From NCBI GenBank assembly GCA_032128875.1, contig JAVLKG010000004.1, positions 448,001-512,000 of the forward strand: a stretch of DNA of 64,000 nucleotides, written 5' to 3'. The position numbers and the translations under genes are program-made. Under the pieces are notes generated by a model. The model was given only the letters and a program-made list of their open reading frames with translations, was not told the origin of the DNA and did not search any database. Source of the DNA: Candidatus Melainabacteria bacterium 17Bon1m. Its GTDB lineage: Bacteria; Cyanobacteriota; Vampirovibrionia; Obscuribacterales; Obscuribacteraceae. This document shows, piece after piece, positions 10,003 through 20,735 of the stretch (position 1 is the stretch's first letter; each line of letters starts with the position of its first letter).

Positions 10003-10641
10003 ATGCAAAAGCGTATGCGTATTGGCTTGCGTTTAACGAAATATCGCAAGATTGGGATCCTCTATGCGGCTGTATGTGTGGCGCTCGGGTTTATGCCTCA
10101 GCTGGCTATTGCCGATGACCAAGTCGATAAGCCATACGATTGGGTAATTCAAGTTGAAACGCGCCGATTGGAGCGGCAATTCGACTACACGAATTCCAAG
10201 CTTAATCCTATCGAAAAACTTGAAGTGCTTTGGTATCCGACCAAAGACGAAAACAAAAAGACGAATTACCAGTACATGTACTACCACGATGGCAAGCCCT
10301 ATGGACTGGAGAAGCTTCACAAGCTGGATATCGACGAAGGAGACGGAGTTGCAATTGAGGTCAAACACAAGGACAACAATCCGTCAGAAGCAGAGAAAAA
10401 AGATGCTGCTAACGCGATCTTTCGACTGGCGCTGGATTCCTACTTGCACAAAAATCCGCTCGTTGCAGTGAAGGTTCCTGCCGATTCGTTCAATGAAATC
10501 TCTGATCGACTGAAAGATCTCGGATTTCACGATTCGAAAGAAGACGGGGACCAAGTCGACATGGAAAACACTTTTAAAGCATCGATGACAATTGGCCTTT
10601 TCTCGGTGCCGGAAGGCAAGCACATCAGTTTGGTTAGATAA
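10003..10641 (+). CDS. Hypothetical exported protein
   Basis: AAGGAG RBS before ATG 10003; signal peptide ending LAIA; acidic mature part. Confidence 0.7.
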   Translation: MQKRMRIGLRLTKYRKIGILYAAVCVALGFMPQLAIADDQVDKPYDWVIQVETRRLERQFDYTNSKLNPIEKLEVLWYPTKDENKKTNYQYMYYHDGKPYGLEKLHKLDIDEGDGVAIEVKHKDNNPSEAEKKDAANAIFRLALDSYLHKNPLVAVKVPADSFNEISDRLKDLGFHDSKEDGDQVDMENTFKASMTIGLFSVPEGKHISLVR

Positions 10642-10769
10642 GACCGGAATAATCTGGACTTCCGCCTAAAACACGGACGGGTGTCGTTAGCCCTGTTATA
10701 CCGGTGGACCCGTTAGACGGTACACGCGATGAACGTAAGAAACGTGATTAACGCGATGGAGAAATTTCA

Positions 10770-11276
10770 GTGATGGTCGCTCACAGGCCTGGCAGAACCA
10801 GAATTAAAAGAGGACAGGGGCTGGTTGAAGTCGTTGGCGTTCTCATCTGTGTGGTCCCTGCAGTGCTGCTGGTGATTGACTTGGGGATGGTCGCAATAGG
10901 CGCTGGTCTCAATGATCAGGCTTGCCGGGATGCCGCAAGAGCTGCAGCATCTGGGCCTCCCAGCGATTTGTCCAAGGGCGAGAACCGCCAAGTGGGTTCT
11001 GGAACGGCGCCATACGACCGAGCTGTGGCAGTAGTGAAGAAGATTTATTCGACCAGATTACCAATGAAAGTGCGCGAAAAAATCGACGCTGTCGAGACAG
11101 TACGCGATATACCGACGGACGCCGGTGGTGCGGTCGACGGTGAGGTTTCGGTCAAAACCACAATCGACATTTTTCCACCGTTCTTGGCTGGTGCTGTTGT
11201 CGGTGCGAACGGCGTTTCGCTCAATTGCACACACACGGTTCCCATCACTTATGTAGTTCCTAACAAGAATCCGTAA
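10770..11276 (+). CDS. TadE/TadF-like minor pilin
   Basis: Class III prepilin signal KRG|QGLVEVVG with Glu at +5; hydrophobic helix then ACRDAARAAA. Confidence 0.85.
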   Translation: MMVAHRPGRTRIKRGQGLVEVVGVLICVVPAVLLVIDLGMVAIGAGLNDQACRDAARAAASGPPSDLSKGENRQVGSGTAPYDRAVAVVKKIYSTRLPMKVREKIDAVETVRDIPTDAGGAVDGEVSVKTTIDIFPPFLAGAVVGANGVSLNCTHTVPITYVVPNKNP

Positions 11277-11325
11277 TCGAAAAAAATGATGTTACTTCGA
11301 TAGTAATCAACAAATTTTAACGGCG

Positions 11326-11366
11326 CTAATGTGTCCACTTTCGATTCGTCGAGGGTGGCACATTAG
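11326..11366 (+). other. Long intergenic hairpin with UUCG loop
   Basis: CTAATGTG-T-CCACTTTCGA-TTCG-TCGAGGGTGG-CACATTAG. Confidence 0.6.
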
Positions 11367-11496
11367 ATCTTGGGTCTTTTTTGCGCATCGCATTTAGTAT
11401 CACCAGTAAAAACAATATTCCCTCCTAAATACGCCGGGCTGCCAGTTTTATTGATGTGGAGGCTATCGCAGTTTCGATAAAGTCAGGACCCTCAAA

Positions 11497-12063
11497 ATGA
11501 ATTACAAGTTTAACCAGAATCAATATACTAGGCCCAGCAAGAGAAGTAGGAATGGCAGCTCGATGACCGAGTTCAGCGGTGCCATGATTATCTTTATCTT
11601 GTTTATTTTTACGCCTCTATTGAACATCGGAATTTTGCCTGTTCGCTATCTAATAGCGCACGGCATCATGACTGAGATGACGCACAGGATGGCTGTTTGT
11701 GAAAAACGCAGCGATGCTAATAAGTTACTGAAGACAAATTCCTGGTGGACAAACCTTTTGAAAGCCTGCGGAGTAGGCGTGAAGAACCAGGCTGCGACTC
11801 TAGTCATTGTGGATAAAGGCAATGGAAAAACGAGCGTTCCAATTAGCACTGCTCTATCAGGCGACCAATTGCCTAATGGACCTCAGGGACCCTTCATGTA
11901 CAGCCTACAGCTGAGCGCTGATTGTGATATCTCGCCGCTCTTTAATGCTGGAGCTGGGCTTCCGGGATTTACCAGCCCCGTCACTGTTCATCTGACCAGT
12001 CAGGCGCAATGGGAAAATCTGGGTCGCAATCCGGAAACCACCTACTATTACATCAATGAATAA
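11497..12063 (+). CDS. TadE-like minor pilin
   Basis: Prepilin signal RNG|SSMTEFSG with Glu at +5, then a hydrophobic helix. Confidence 0.75.
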   Translation: MNYKFNQNQYTRPSKRSRNGSSMTEFSGAMIIFILFIFTPLLNIGILPVRYLIAHGIMTEMTHRMAVCEKRSDANKLLKTNSWWTNLLKACGVGVKNQAATLVIVDKGNGKTSVPISTALSGDQLPNGPQGPFMYSLQLSADCDISPLFNAGAGLPGFTSPVTVHLTSQAQWENLGRNPETTYYYINE

Positions 12064-12113
12064 CAACACACATAAGAGGACTGTTCTACTCGCCGTGGAC
12101 AAGTAAATTTGCG

Positions 12114-12998
12114 ATGAAAAGACGATCTAAGAACATAAGGAGACATAGAAGAGCGACCGGCAACATGCTGGTTTTGGGATGTGTGGTTTTGTCCATCGTA
12201 GGCATTGGCCTTCTCATTGGATATTCTTACGGCGGCTTGATCTTTACCCACAATCGCTTGCAGGGTTCTGCAGATGAAATTGCGCTCGCCGGCGCACGAA
12301 AGTTGAATGAAAACGATCGTGTCGGTCAGATGAACAATATGGTGGCGCGTTCTCGCCAGATGGTCATGCAGGCACAGCTGAATCTCGAGAAGGTGCAAAG
12401 TGATTATCCGCAACTTCAATCTATTGCCGAGGAGCAACTTGATGAGGCGAAAAATTGCGCTGAGGAATTAGAACAGCAGCGAACATATTTGAAAAATCTT
12501 GCCACCATGGAATCGGTGCAAGCTATGGAGAAAAAGTTCGATCAAATAAAAGGCTCATACCCTATGAATTTGCCCTGGATGAAGGTGGCAAGTCCGAAAT
12601 TGGACAAGATGAGGCTGGGCTATTTGGAGAATATTGAGTCGAACGTCGAACAATTGCAGAACATAAAAGAATTGGAAGACCATGATGAGGCGAAGGGCTA
12701 TGTGAAGAACAACCCCAAGCTTAAACTCTATAAGCAAGGTGCTTCCAAATACTTGCCCGCGCCTAATGACTCAATGCAGTTTTATTTGAGTTCGCTGGCC
12801 GCTCCTGTGGAGAAGACTGTCTCGCCTGCACACATTGTTTTGTCTAAAGCGTTTCAAAAACTCGACCTGCCTCTCATACCTACCTGCACTAAGGTAGAGT
12901 TAACTCTAAAGGTCGGCACCGGCCTCGGTGGCAACGCAAACCAAGACATAAAGGTCGAAAGTGCGGCTGCGGCTACTGGTGCCTCGCCACAGCAGTAG
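12114..12998 (+). CDS. TadG-like pilus assembly protein
   Basis: Basic leader ATG|NMLVL; TM helix; Tad motif RLQGSADEIALAGA. Confidence 0.8.
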   Translation: MKRRSKNIRRHRRATGNMLVLGCVVLSIVGIGLLIGYSYGGLIFTHNRLQGSADEIALAGARKLNENDRVGQMNNMVARSRQMVMQAQLNLEKVQSDYPQLQSIAEEQLDEAKNCAEELEQQRTYLKNLATMESVQAMEKKFDQIKGSYPMNLPWMKVASPKLDKMRLGYLENIESNVEQLQNIKELEDHDEAKGYVKNNPKLKLYKQGASKYLPAPNDSMQFYLSSLAAPVEKTVSPAHIVLSKAFQKLDLPLIPTCTKVELTLKVGTGLGGNANQDIKVESAAAATGASPQQ

Positions 12999-13203
12999 GG
13001 CTGTAGGATGACTAAACGATTGCGGTAAAGAGTTTTGAATTGTAAACAGCGGCACCTTAAGCACCTTTCATCTCAATCGCGGATCATTCGTGCCGGCCTG
13101 TCGTCTGAGAGTGAAGGAAAACCGAGTCCTGGATGTCATGGGAGCGAGCGCTTGGCATGACCCGATCACATGGTAAAATTGCCCTCTGGAAAGCGAGAAT
13201 GCA

Positions 13204-15312
13204 ATGTTTTTGACGGTTTCAAAGAGCAGCTCGGCTGTGAACCTTGTCTGGAGACGCCTGGTTTCGGCAACCCTTGCCGTGGGCGTGTTTGGGACTTCTT
13301 TTGCGTATACGTGCATTCCTGCGCTGGCTTCGGATGCTGCTGATGTTTTGCCGGCAGAGACATCCGGGTCAGATGTCGAGCTTAAATCAGAAACGCCCAA
13401 AGAATCCTCGCCGAGCGTTAATTCGTCAAGTTCTGCGACCGGCATTGGTGAATTTACCGGCAAACTTAGCTATCCAGGCGCTTCAAAGCAGTCCAATTTG
13501 ACTGTCGACGATGTAAAAATCGAAGGCAACCGTCTTGTGCCGTCTGAAGATATTTTGCACGTCGTAAAGACAAAACGTGGCGATAAATTCGATCGCGACG
13601 TCCTTTTGCAGGATTTGAAAGCGATCAATGGCATGGGCTATTTCGACGATCGCAGTTTGCAGGCTTTGCCTGAGATGAGCAACGGCGGCGTTCTTCTTAA
13701 AATTCGTGTGCAAGAAAATGCGCCCATCACGCAATTCTCATTCGAAGGCAATGAAGCGCTCAGTTCAGAAGAGCTGTCTCATATCTTCGCTAATCAGCTT
13801 GGAAAACCGCAAAACTTGAACGACCTGTCTTCTTCTATAGATAAGGTCGAGCAGCTCTACCACGAGAAAGGCTTCCTGCTGGCGCGCGTCACCGATGTAA
13901 AAGACGACCCGGACGGCAACATCTCATTGAAGGTAAATGAAGGACAGATCGAGTCGGTTCAGATTGGCGGCAATCGCAAGACGAAAGACTTTATTATCCG
14001 CAATGCCCTCAAAATCAAACCAGGTTCTGTTTATAACGAGAAGCAGCTCACCAACGACCTGCGCAAACTTTACGCCAATGGATACTTCCAGGATATACGC
14101 CGCAGTTTGCAGCCATCGCCGACCAGTCCTGATAAATACATTCTCAAAGTGGAAGTGGATGAGAAGCGCTCCGGCTCTGTCGGTGTGGGCGGCGGCGTCG
14201 ATTCTATCGCCGGACCATTTGGCAATTTGAGCTTTTCGGACAACAATTTCCGCGGTCGCGGGCAGATTGTTTCGTTCAACTCCCAGATGGGGACCGGCAT
14301 GTTCGGGCAGGGCATCAACGCCGTCAACAACCCGGGCAACGGCTATATGGTCAACAAAAACAACTATCAAATCGAAGCGACATTTGTCGAGCCGAATTTC
14401 ATGAAGACCAATACATCATTGGCGCTGTCCGGATTTGGTCGCAATTTCTCCTCGATGATGGTAGATCAGTCGACGCAAAGGACTCTCGGAGCCTCTGCGA
14501 CATTTACAAAGAAACTGAAGCACAACACTGCCCTAAACCTTGGTTTTATTGGCGAGAACACGTCGCTGAGAGATTACAGCAGTATGTTCGGCAATGATGG
14601 TGCGCTCAATCAAATGGCCAACCGCGCTTTGGCGACCGGCATGGCCGGGTCTCAGGCGGGAGCCAATGCCCTGGCTCAATCTGTAAGAGACCAGCAATTA
14701 CGCGGCGGGACATTCTTGACTGTCAATCCTTCAATTACATATGACACCAGAGATGGTGCTGATCCTACGCGAGGTTCTTTCGCTAAGCTTTCCGCCGGAC
14801 CGTCGCTTGGTATGGGCAGTCCGAGTTTCATGAAAATCGGCGCCAGCGTAAGCAAATATATTCCTATTACCAAAGACATAACCTTGGCTACGAACATCCA
14901 GGGTGGTACGGCTGTCGGCGGCATGCCGCAGTTTGCTCAATATAGGTTAGGTGGATGGAATGGTATTCGCGGATATCGAATGTTCTCTGACTTAGGAACA
15001 GGTACCGGAATGCTTATGGCCACAGCGGAATTGCGTTCGCGCATACCGTTGCCGCGTAACAGTAAAGTTGGCAAAGTAATCGACAAGCACGTCAAGGCGA
15101 CTGCCTTCTTCGATGCCGGTCATGTGATGGGAAATGGTCTCACCAACAACCTTTTCTCGCGATCCAGCTTGGGTGCGTCAGTGGGCATCGGCTTGCGGGT
15201 GAATATACCGATGCTTGGATTGGTTCGCTTTGAATACGGTATGCCGCTCGTGTCCAGCATCTTGGGCAATTTTACGCCGCGTATGACGGTCGGTTTTGGC
15301 GATCGCTTTTAA
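13204..15312 (+). CDS. bamA: Omp85/BamA outer-membrane protein insertase with 3 POTRA domains
   Basis: Three POTRA repeats (IEGN, FEGN, IGGN..TKDFII); barrel start SFSDNNFRGRGQ; loop-6 IRGY; C-terminal Phe. Confidence 0.92.
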   Translation: MFLTVSKSSSAVNLVWRRLVSATLAVGVFGTSFAYTCIPALASDAADVLPAETSGSDVELKSETPKESSPSVNSSSSATGIGEFTGKLSYPGASKQSNLTVDDVKIEGNRLVPSEDILHVVKTKRGDKFDRDVLLQDLKAINGMGYFDDRSLQALPEMSNGGVLLKIRVQENAPITQFSFEGNEALSSEELSHIFANQLGKPQNLNDLSSSIDKVEQLYHEKGFLLARVTDVKDDPDGNISLKVNEGQIESVQIGGNRKTKDFIIRNALKIKPGSVYNEKQLTNDLRKLYANGYFQDIRRSLQPSPTSPDKYILKVEVDEKRSGSVGVGGGVDSIAGPFGNLSFSDNNFRGRGQIVSFNSQMGTGMFGQGINAVNNPGNGYMVNKNNYQIEATFVEPNFMKTNTSLALSGFGRNFSSMMVDQSTQRTLGASATFTKKLKHNTALNLGFIGENTSLRDYSSMFGNDGALNQMANRALATGMAGSQAGANALAQSVRDQQLRGGTFLTVNPSITYDTRDGADPTRGSFAKLSAGPSLGMGSPSFMKIGASVSKYIPITKDITLATNIQGGTAVGGMPQFAQYRLGGWNGIRGYRMFSDLGTGTGMLMATAELRSRIPLPRNSKVGKVIDKHVKATAFFDAGHVMGNGLTNNLFSRSSLGASVGIGLRVNIPMLGLVRFEYGMPLVSSILGNFTPRMTVGFGDRF

Positions 15313-15421
15313 TAACCAATGTTTTAATTACGTGCTGTCTACAAGCCGCCTTTGGCAACTGCTAATGGTGTAAACTGAGCCGTTTGACAGCGTTTTGTCT
15401 TATTGAGTTTTGGAGAAGAGA

Positions 15422-15985
15422 ATGCACACCTTGCAAAAGAGCCTCGTTCTGGTAACCAGCGCATTGTCGCTTACTATTTCTGCATCTGCGTTTCCGGCAT
15501 TCGCTGCCGACGCTCCTGCAGCACCTGCAGCTGCCCCTGTTGCCAAAAGCGGCGGCGGCGGAATCGGTGTTGTCGACCCGGACAAGGTGGTAAAGGCATA
15601 TCCGAAAGCTGAGCAATTGGCGAAAGATCTGAAGAAAGAAGAAGATCGCGTTCACAAAATGATCGAAGACGGCAATCGTGAATTGGAGAAAGCAAAAACC
15701 GATCGCAAGCCGCCTGCGGAGCTGGAAGGCTTGCAGAGAAGACTGCAGGAGTCGATTGACACTGAAGTGAAGAAAGTTCAGGGTCGCGCTCAATCGCTGG
15801 AAACCCAATTGGAAAGCGATGTTCAGAATGCAATCAAAGCCGAAGCGGCCGCACGAAAGCTTGACATCGTTCTTCTCAAGCCGGTTGTATTCATGGGTGG
15901 AATAGACCTCACAGATTCCGTCATGAAGCGCCTTGCTGCAGCAGCTCCTGCCGCTCCTGCCGCTGCAAAGCCGGCAACCAAGTAA
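15422..15985 (+). CDS. skp: OmpH/Skp periplasmic chaperone
   Basis: Signal peptide; IGVVDPDKV; coiled coil; [18 protein letters not shown]; lies between bamA and lpxD. Confidence 0.88.
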   Translation: MHTLQKSLVLVTSALSLTISASAFPAFAADAPAAPAAAPVAKSGGGGIGVVDPDKVVKAYPKAEQLAKDLKKEEDRVHKMIEDGNRELEKAKTDRKPPAELEGLQRRLQESIDTEVKKVQGRAQSLETQLESDVQNAIKAEAAARKLDIVLLKPVVFMGGIDLTDSVMKRLAAAAPAAPAAAKPATK

Positions 15986-15996
15986 CTTGAATGATG

Positions 15997-16018
15997 AGGG
16001 GCAGCTTAGGCTGCCCCT
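15997..16018 (+). terminator. GC-rich hairpin after skp
   Basis: AGGGGCAGC-TTAG-GCTGCCCCT with a short T tail. Confidence 0.55.
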
Positions 16019-16064
16019 TCGTCAATTGAACGTTTTAGTTTGCTGCATTATTTTGGGGTTAAAC

Positions 16065-17183
16065 ATGAAGCTGCCAGCCGAAATGACTCTTGCACAGATT
16101 GCTCATGTAATTGGCGGTCGTGTTGAGGGTAACGCCGACATAAAAGTGTCGTCCGTGGCCGTCTCGCCTTTGCAGGCGACTGAGAATGATCTGGCGCTTG
16201 TTTTTGATGAGAAGCTGGTTGCTCAACTAGACGATTGCAAGGCCAAAGCCCTTGTAGTCACACCAAAAGCGAAAACCGAACGCCCATGTATCGTCGTTGA
16301 AAGACCGATGTTGGCTGTGCAAAAAATGCTTTCTGCAGTAGCCGTGAAGCGTCACAGCCCTGCGCCCGGTGTTCATCCGACAGCGGTTGTCGATCCCACT
16401 GCAGAACTTGGTGAAGGCGTTGCGATTGGTCCACTGGTTGTAATTGGACCTGGGTGCAAAATTGGTGCAAAGACGGTTATTCATCCAGGCACCATCATTG
16501 GTGCAAAAGTTGAAATTGGCGAATCTTGCTCGGTAGGAGCGGGATGTTTGATCGCTGACGTAATTAAGATCGGTAATCGAGTTATATTGCAGCAAGGGGC
16601 GGTATTGGGCTCTGATGGGTTCGGGTACGTCACTGAGCGCGAATCTAATTTAGAGCGACGCCTGAAAGGCAATCGCGATATCAAAGATGAGTCCAATCCT
16701 CATCTGAAGATCCCTCATATCGGCACAATCATTATTGAAGATGACGTGGAAATTGGCTCCTGCACAACCATCGATCGCAGCACCATGGGTGCCACCACTA
16801 TCGGTCAAGGCACTAAAATAGATAATTTGGTTATGATTGCCCACAATTGCCGCATTGGCAAAGAAGTATTGATTATCGGCACTACCGCTATCGGCGGTTC
16901 TTGCACGATTGAAGATCGAGCGATAATCTCCGGCAGTGCCTGCATCGCAGATCACATTAAGATCGGAAAGGACGCAATTGTTGAAGGCATGGCTGGTGTG
17001 ATTGCCAATGTGCCTGCTGCTGAAGTGCAGGTTGGGGCGCCAGCAGTCGAAAGACGGCAACATATCGAAAGTTTGATTCGCATCAAACGACTGAAAGAAA
17101 CGAATGCCGACGTCAAAGATTTGAAACAGCGCGTGGCAAAGCTTGAAGCATTGCTGGCTGAAAAGGCTTTAGAGAAAGTGTAA
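16065..17183 (+). CDS. lpxD: UDP-3-O-acylglucosamine N-acyltransferase
   Basis: Hexapeptide repeats, [32 protein letters not shown]. Confidence 0.95.
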   Translation: MKLPAEMTLAQIAHVIGGRVEGNADIKVSSVAVSPLQATENDLALVFDEKLVAQLDDCKAKALVVTPKAKTERPCIVVERPMLAVQKMLSAVAVKRHSPAPGVHPTAVVDPTAELGEGVAIGPLVVIGPGCKIGAKTVIHPGTIIGAKVEIGESCSVGAGCLIADVIKIGNRVILQQGAVLGSDGFGYVTERESNLERRLKGNRDIKDESNPHLKIPHIGTIIIEDDVEIGSCTTIDRSTMGATTIGQGTKIDNLVMIAHNCRIGKEVLIIGTTAIGGSCTIEDRAIISGSACIADHIKIGKDAIVEGMAGVIANVPAAEVQVGAPAVERRQHIESLIRIKRLKETNADVKDLKQRVAKLEALLAEKALEKV

Positions 17184-17200
17184 GAGGATAAACAAGGTCG

Positions 17201-18037
17201 ATGACATCACCTTCTGCGAGCGTAAAAGACAAGTTTCGCGTCGAATATAAAGGTCGCGGCGCTACCTCTAAGAAGGATATTGCCGTCGTTATCGAGAGCG
17301 GAGCGCCTGGCTCTGGCATCAATTTTTCAGTGCTGGATGCACGCGAGCAAGCGAAGGGTGCCTATGTCACTTTTCCTGCAAGAGCTGCAAGTGTCGTTAA
17401 TACAATGCGCAATGTGACGCTCGGCAAAGACGGCGTGCGCCTTTGCATTGTCGAGCATATTCTTTGTGCAGTTGCTATCTGGGGTCTGGAAGATGTCCTC
17501 ATCACCGTGGACGGACCAGAACTTCCACTTGGTGACGGCAGCGCAAATTTCTTTATTGAGCTTTTCCGATCCGCTGGTTTAGAGCGTCGTGTGCCGCAGG
17601 CAGATATTGAACTCACTGAAACAGTGACTGTTGGATCTGGCGATCGAATGATACTCGCTGTTCCTGACAGCAAGTTTTCTCTTACCTATTTGATGGATTG
17701 GGATCACCCCAAAATCGGCCGCAAGTGGCAGACATTCGATGCTTCGAGAGAACCTGAAGAAATTGCCACAGCCAGAACTTTTGCGTCGCTCAAAGAGCAT
17801 CAGATGCTTGGACTTGCTGATGACAGCGTCAGCCTGACCGAGGACGGTTTTACCAAACCGCTTCATTTTGATGATGAACCCGTGCGGCACAAGCTATTGG
17901 ATCTTCTTGGTGACCTGACGCTGATTGGTGTTAATCCAATGCGCGTCAAAGCGAAATTCATCAGTATTAAAGGCGGCCACGAAATGGACGTTCAACTGGC
18001 TCGTAAGTTAGAACCTCTTGTAAATACCTCCAAATAA
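17201..18037 (+). CDS. lpxC: UDP-3-O-acyl-GlcNAc deacetylase
   Basis: VEHILCA, ELPLGDGSA, EIATARTF, EPVRHKLLDLLGDL, KGGH zinc motifs. Confidence 0.95.
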   Translation: MTSPSASVKDKFRVEYKGRGATSKKDIAVVIESGAPGSGINFSVLDAREQAKGAYVTFPARAASVVNTMRNVTLGKDGVRLCIVEHILCAVAIWGLEDVLITVDGPELPLGDGSANFFIELFRSAGLERRVPQADIELTETVTVGSGDRMILAVPDSKFSLTYLMDWDHPKIGRKWQTFDASREPEEIATARTFASLKEHQMLGLADDSVSLTEDGFTKPLHFDDEPVRHKLLDLLGDLTLIGVNPMRVKAKFISIKGGHEMDVQLARKLEPLVNTSK

Positions 18038-18079
18038 GGCTTGTCAACAGCTCGTTCTTTTGCACCAGAGATGTTGTTT

Positions 18080-18111
18080 TGGAAAAAAGGTCGTTAACGG
18101 TCTTTTTTCCA
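18080..18111. repeat. 32-bp palindromic intergenic element, copy 1
   Basis: TGGAAAAAAGGTCGTTAACGGTCTTTTTTCCA. Confidence 0.9.
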
Positions 18112-18257
18112 TAGACAAACGTCCGGGTTTTCCAGGTGGCTGTGGAGCCGCGAATTGCCTTAATATGGGACGTTTGAGACCGTGCAATGAAGGTATGATC
18201 TCGAGGACAAAAGTACATGCAGTTTCCAAGTTGAAGCTGCAATGGAGAGGTGGCGAC

Positions 18258-19730
18258 GTGAAGAAGACGAGTGTCAAAAGAGCAGTATCACTGATAGCGT
18301 TGGCGGCGACTTGCCAGGTGGCTCAGCCGGCATTTGCTTACGATGAAAAGAAGGTTGCGGAGTCATCCGGGGTCAGTCTGACCATTTACAACCAGAATTT
18401 TGGATTGGTAAGAGATACTCGGTCTGTGGAATTGGCTAACGGCATCAACCATGTCCGATTTGAGGATGTGGCAGCAAAAATCGATCCGACATCTGTTAGT
18501 TTCACTTCCTTAACCGCTCCCAACAGCGTTGTTGTCCGCGAACAGAATTATCAATACGACTTAATTGAGCCAACGACAATTCTTTCAAAGTCGGTAGGCA
18601 AAGATGTACGCATAAAGAACTATCTCGCCGGCGGCGGGGTTTCTGAAATCAGTGGCACGCTTATCAATTCTCCTCGGACTTATGTGTCCGACACTGAAGG
18701 GCGTGTTTCGTCCACATATTCCGGTCTGGTAGTGAAGACCGGCAACGGTGTTATCTTGAATCCGCAAGGTCAAGTTGAGCTTTCTGAACTTCCTTCCGGT
18801 CTTGTTCCAAAGCCTTCATTGTTGTGGAAATTGGAGACAGATAAAGCCGGTTCGCACAAAACCGAAATTGCCTATCAAACTGCAGGTTTGAACTGGAAAT
18901 GCGACTATGTTGCTGTCGTGAATAATGATGATACGAAGACGGATTTGACTAGCTGGGTGACTTTGGATAATCAGTCGGGAGCTAGTTATCGTGATGCCAA
19001 TCTGAAATTGTTGGCTGGTGATGTGCATCGCGTAACTGCACCTACAGCTTATCTGGCAAAAGGCATGATGTTCCGTGGAGGAGCTGCAGCCGAAAGTCAA
19101 TTTACCGAACAATCATTTGCCGAGTATCACCTCTATACGATGGCCGGTAAAACTGATGTGAAAGACCATGAAACCAAGCAACTGAGCCTGTTTAATGCGG
19201 CTCAAGTGCCGACTAAGAAGCAATTCGTTTTCGACTCGAACGGTCAATTTTATGCAGGTGGGTGGTCGCCTCAAGGTCAGAGTAAGAAGATCAATGTGAA
19301 ATTGGAGATGGACAATTCAGAGAAGAATAATCTCGGAATGCCCATGCCTAAAGGCAAAGTTCGAGTCTACAAGAAAGACAAGGACGGCGCTTTGCAGTTT
19401 ATCGGTGAAGATCAAATCGATCACACACCTCGCGACGAAAAGGTTCGTCTTTATATCGGCGATGCTTTTGATGTCGTCGGTGAACGTAAGCAGATGAACG
19501 TGCAACGTGTCTCCGATCATGTCACAAGAGTGCAGATGGAAATCAGTCTGCGCAATCACAAGAAAGAGCCGATTACAGTGACCACAGTCGAGCACGCTTA
19601 CGGGCAGTGGAAGATTCTCAATTCATCGCAAGAGTATAAGAAGAAAGACTCCACAACATTTGAATTCGACGTCAAAGTAGCGCCGGATAGCGAAACGAAA
19701 GTCACTTACGAGATCGAGATGCGGTATTAA
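18258..19730 (+). CDS. DUF4139/DUF4140-family secreted protein
   Basis: GGAGAGG RBS plus GTG; signal peptide; LTIYNQNFGLVRD, EQNYQYDL, EYHLY, LGMPMPKGKVRVY, GEDQIDHTP. Confidence 0.85.
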   Translation: MKKTSVKRAVSLIALAATCQVAQPAFAYDEKKVAESSGVSLTIYNQNFGLVRDTRSVELANGINHVRFEDVAAKIDPTSVSFTSLTAPNSVVVREQNYQYDLIEPTTILSKSVGKDVRIKNYLAGGGVSEISGTLINSPRTYVSDTEGRVSSTYSGLVVKTGNGVILNPQGQVELSELPSGLVPKPSLLWKLETDKAGSHKTEIAYQTAGLNWKCDYVAVVNNDDTKTDLTSWVTLDNQSGASYRDANLKLLAGDVHRVTAPTAYLAKGMMFRGGAAAESQFTEQSFAEYHLYTMAGKTDVKDHETKQLSLFNAAQVPTKKQFVFDSNGQFYAGGWSPQGQSKKINVKLEMDNSEKNNLGMPMPKGKVRVYKKDKDGALQFIGEDQIDHTPRDEKVRLYIGDAFDVVGERKQMNVQRVSDHVTRVQMEISLRNHKKEPITVTTVEHAYGQWKILNSSQEYKKKDSTTFEFDVKVAPDSETKVTYEIEMRY

Positions 19731-20735
19731 TTAGATCGTAACGAGTTGATCTAACGCAATTTGGGCAGCGCCGATAATACCGGCGTCATCGCCTAACGAA
19801 GAGCGATGTATGTCGAGGCGCTCTCCGACTCTGGGCAATGACTTGTCGATGACGAGTTCTTTCAATAAATCGTAGTCGACAAATTTAGCCATGCCGCCCG
19901 AAATGATGAAGCAGTCGGGATCAAGAGTGTGAGCCAGCGTGACGATACCGGCACAAATATGTTCATGCCACGTATCAACGATTCGCTTTGCGATAATGTC
20001 GCCTTCTTTAGCAGCAGCGCAAACTTTATCGACGGCAGGATCAGGAAGCAAAGCCGCCAGCGGAGTTTGATCGACAGTAACATTGGTGAGCATTTCTTTC
20101 GCTGTCGCTCTGAAACCGCGTCCTGAGCCATAAGCTTCCCAACAGTCGAATAGTCCGCAGGTGCACAGACGATGATTATTCAGATTCGCGCGCAAGTGTC
20201 CGATTTCGCCTGCAGCATAATGAGCGCCGCGGAAAAGCTCGCCTTTCATTATTATGCCGCCACCAATACCGGTGCCGAGAGTGACTGCTACGACGCAGGT
20301 TTTGTGGCTCAGCCCGAGAGCTTTTACTTCACCATATGCTGCTGCGTTGGCATCGTTGTCGACATGCACTGGCAGACCTGTTCTGCCTTCAATCTCTTTT
20401 TTGATCGGTGTGCCTGCCCACCCTGGTAAGTTTCCTGTCGAACCAATTACTTCTCCGGTTTCAATATTGACGATACCGGCGGTAGCGATGCCGACGCCAC
20501 TGAGGATGTGGTCTTTTCTTGCTTCTTCGATGAGTTCGACAAGCGTATTGATGATATTCTCCGCGCCCTTCGGCGTCGGTACTTTCTTCGGCTCAGCGAT
20601 AACTTTGAATTCGGCTACAGGAGCGCAACCAATTTTGGTTCCGCCCAGGTCGATGCCGAGAGCCGGCATTTTGTCTTTGAGTATGTTGTCGAGGTCTCTA
20701 TTCTGACTGTCAGCGCTTTTAGCGGATGTCATCAA
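19731..20735 (-). CDS. ROK-family sugar kinase (glucokinase-like)
   Basis: GIDLGGTK, DNDANAAAYGE, TLGTGIGGG, GEIGH, CTCG..CWEAY. Confidence 0.92.
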   Translation of the reverse strand: MMTSAKSADSQNRDLDNILKDKMPALGIDLGGTKIGCAPVAEFKVIAEPKKVPTPKGAENIINTLVELIEEARKDHILSGVGIATAGIVNIETGEVIGSTGNLPGWAGTPIKKEIEGRTGLPVHVDNDANAAAYGEVKALGLSHKTCVVAVTLGTGIGGGIIMKGELFRGAHYAAGEIGHLRANLNNHRLCTCGLFDCWEAYGSGRGFRATAKEMLTNVTVDQTPLAALLPDPAVDKVCAAAKEGDIIAKRIVDTWHEHICAGIVTLAHTLDPDCFIISGGMAKFVDYDLLKELVIDKSLPRVGERLDIHRSSLGDDAGIIGAAQIALDQLVTI

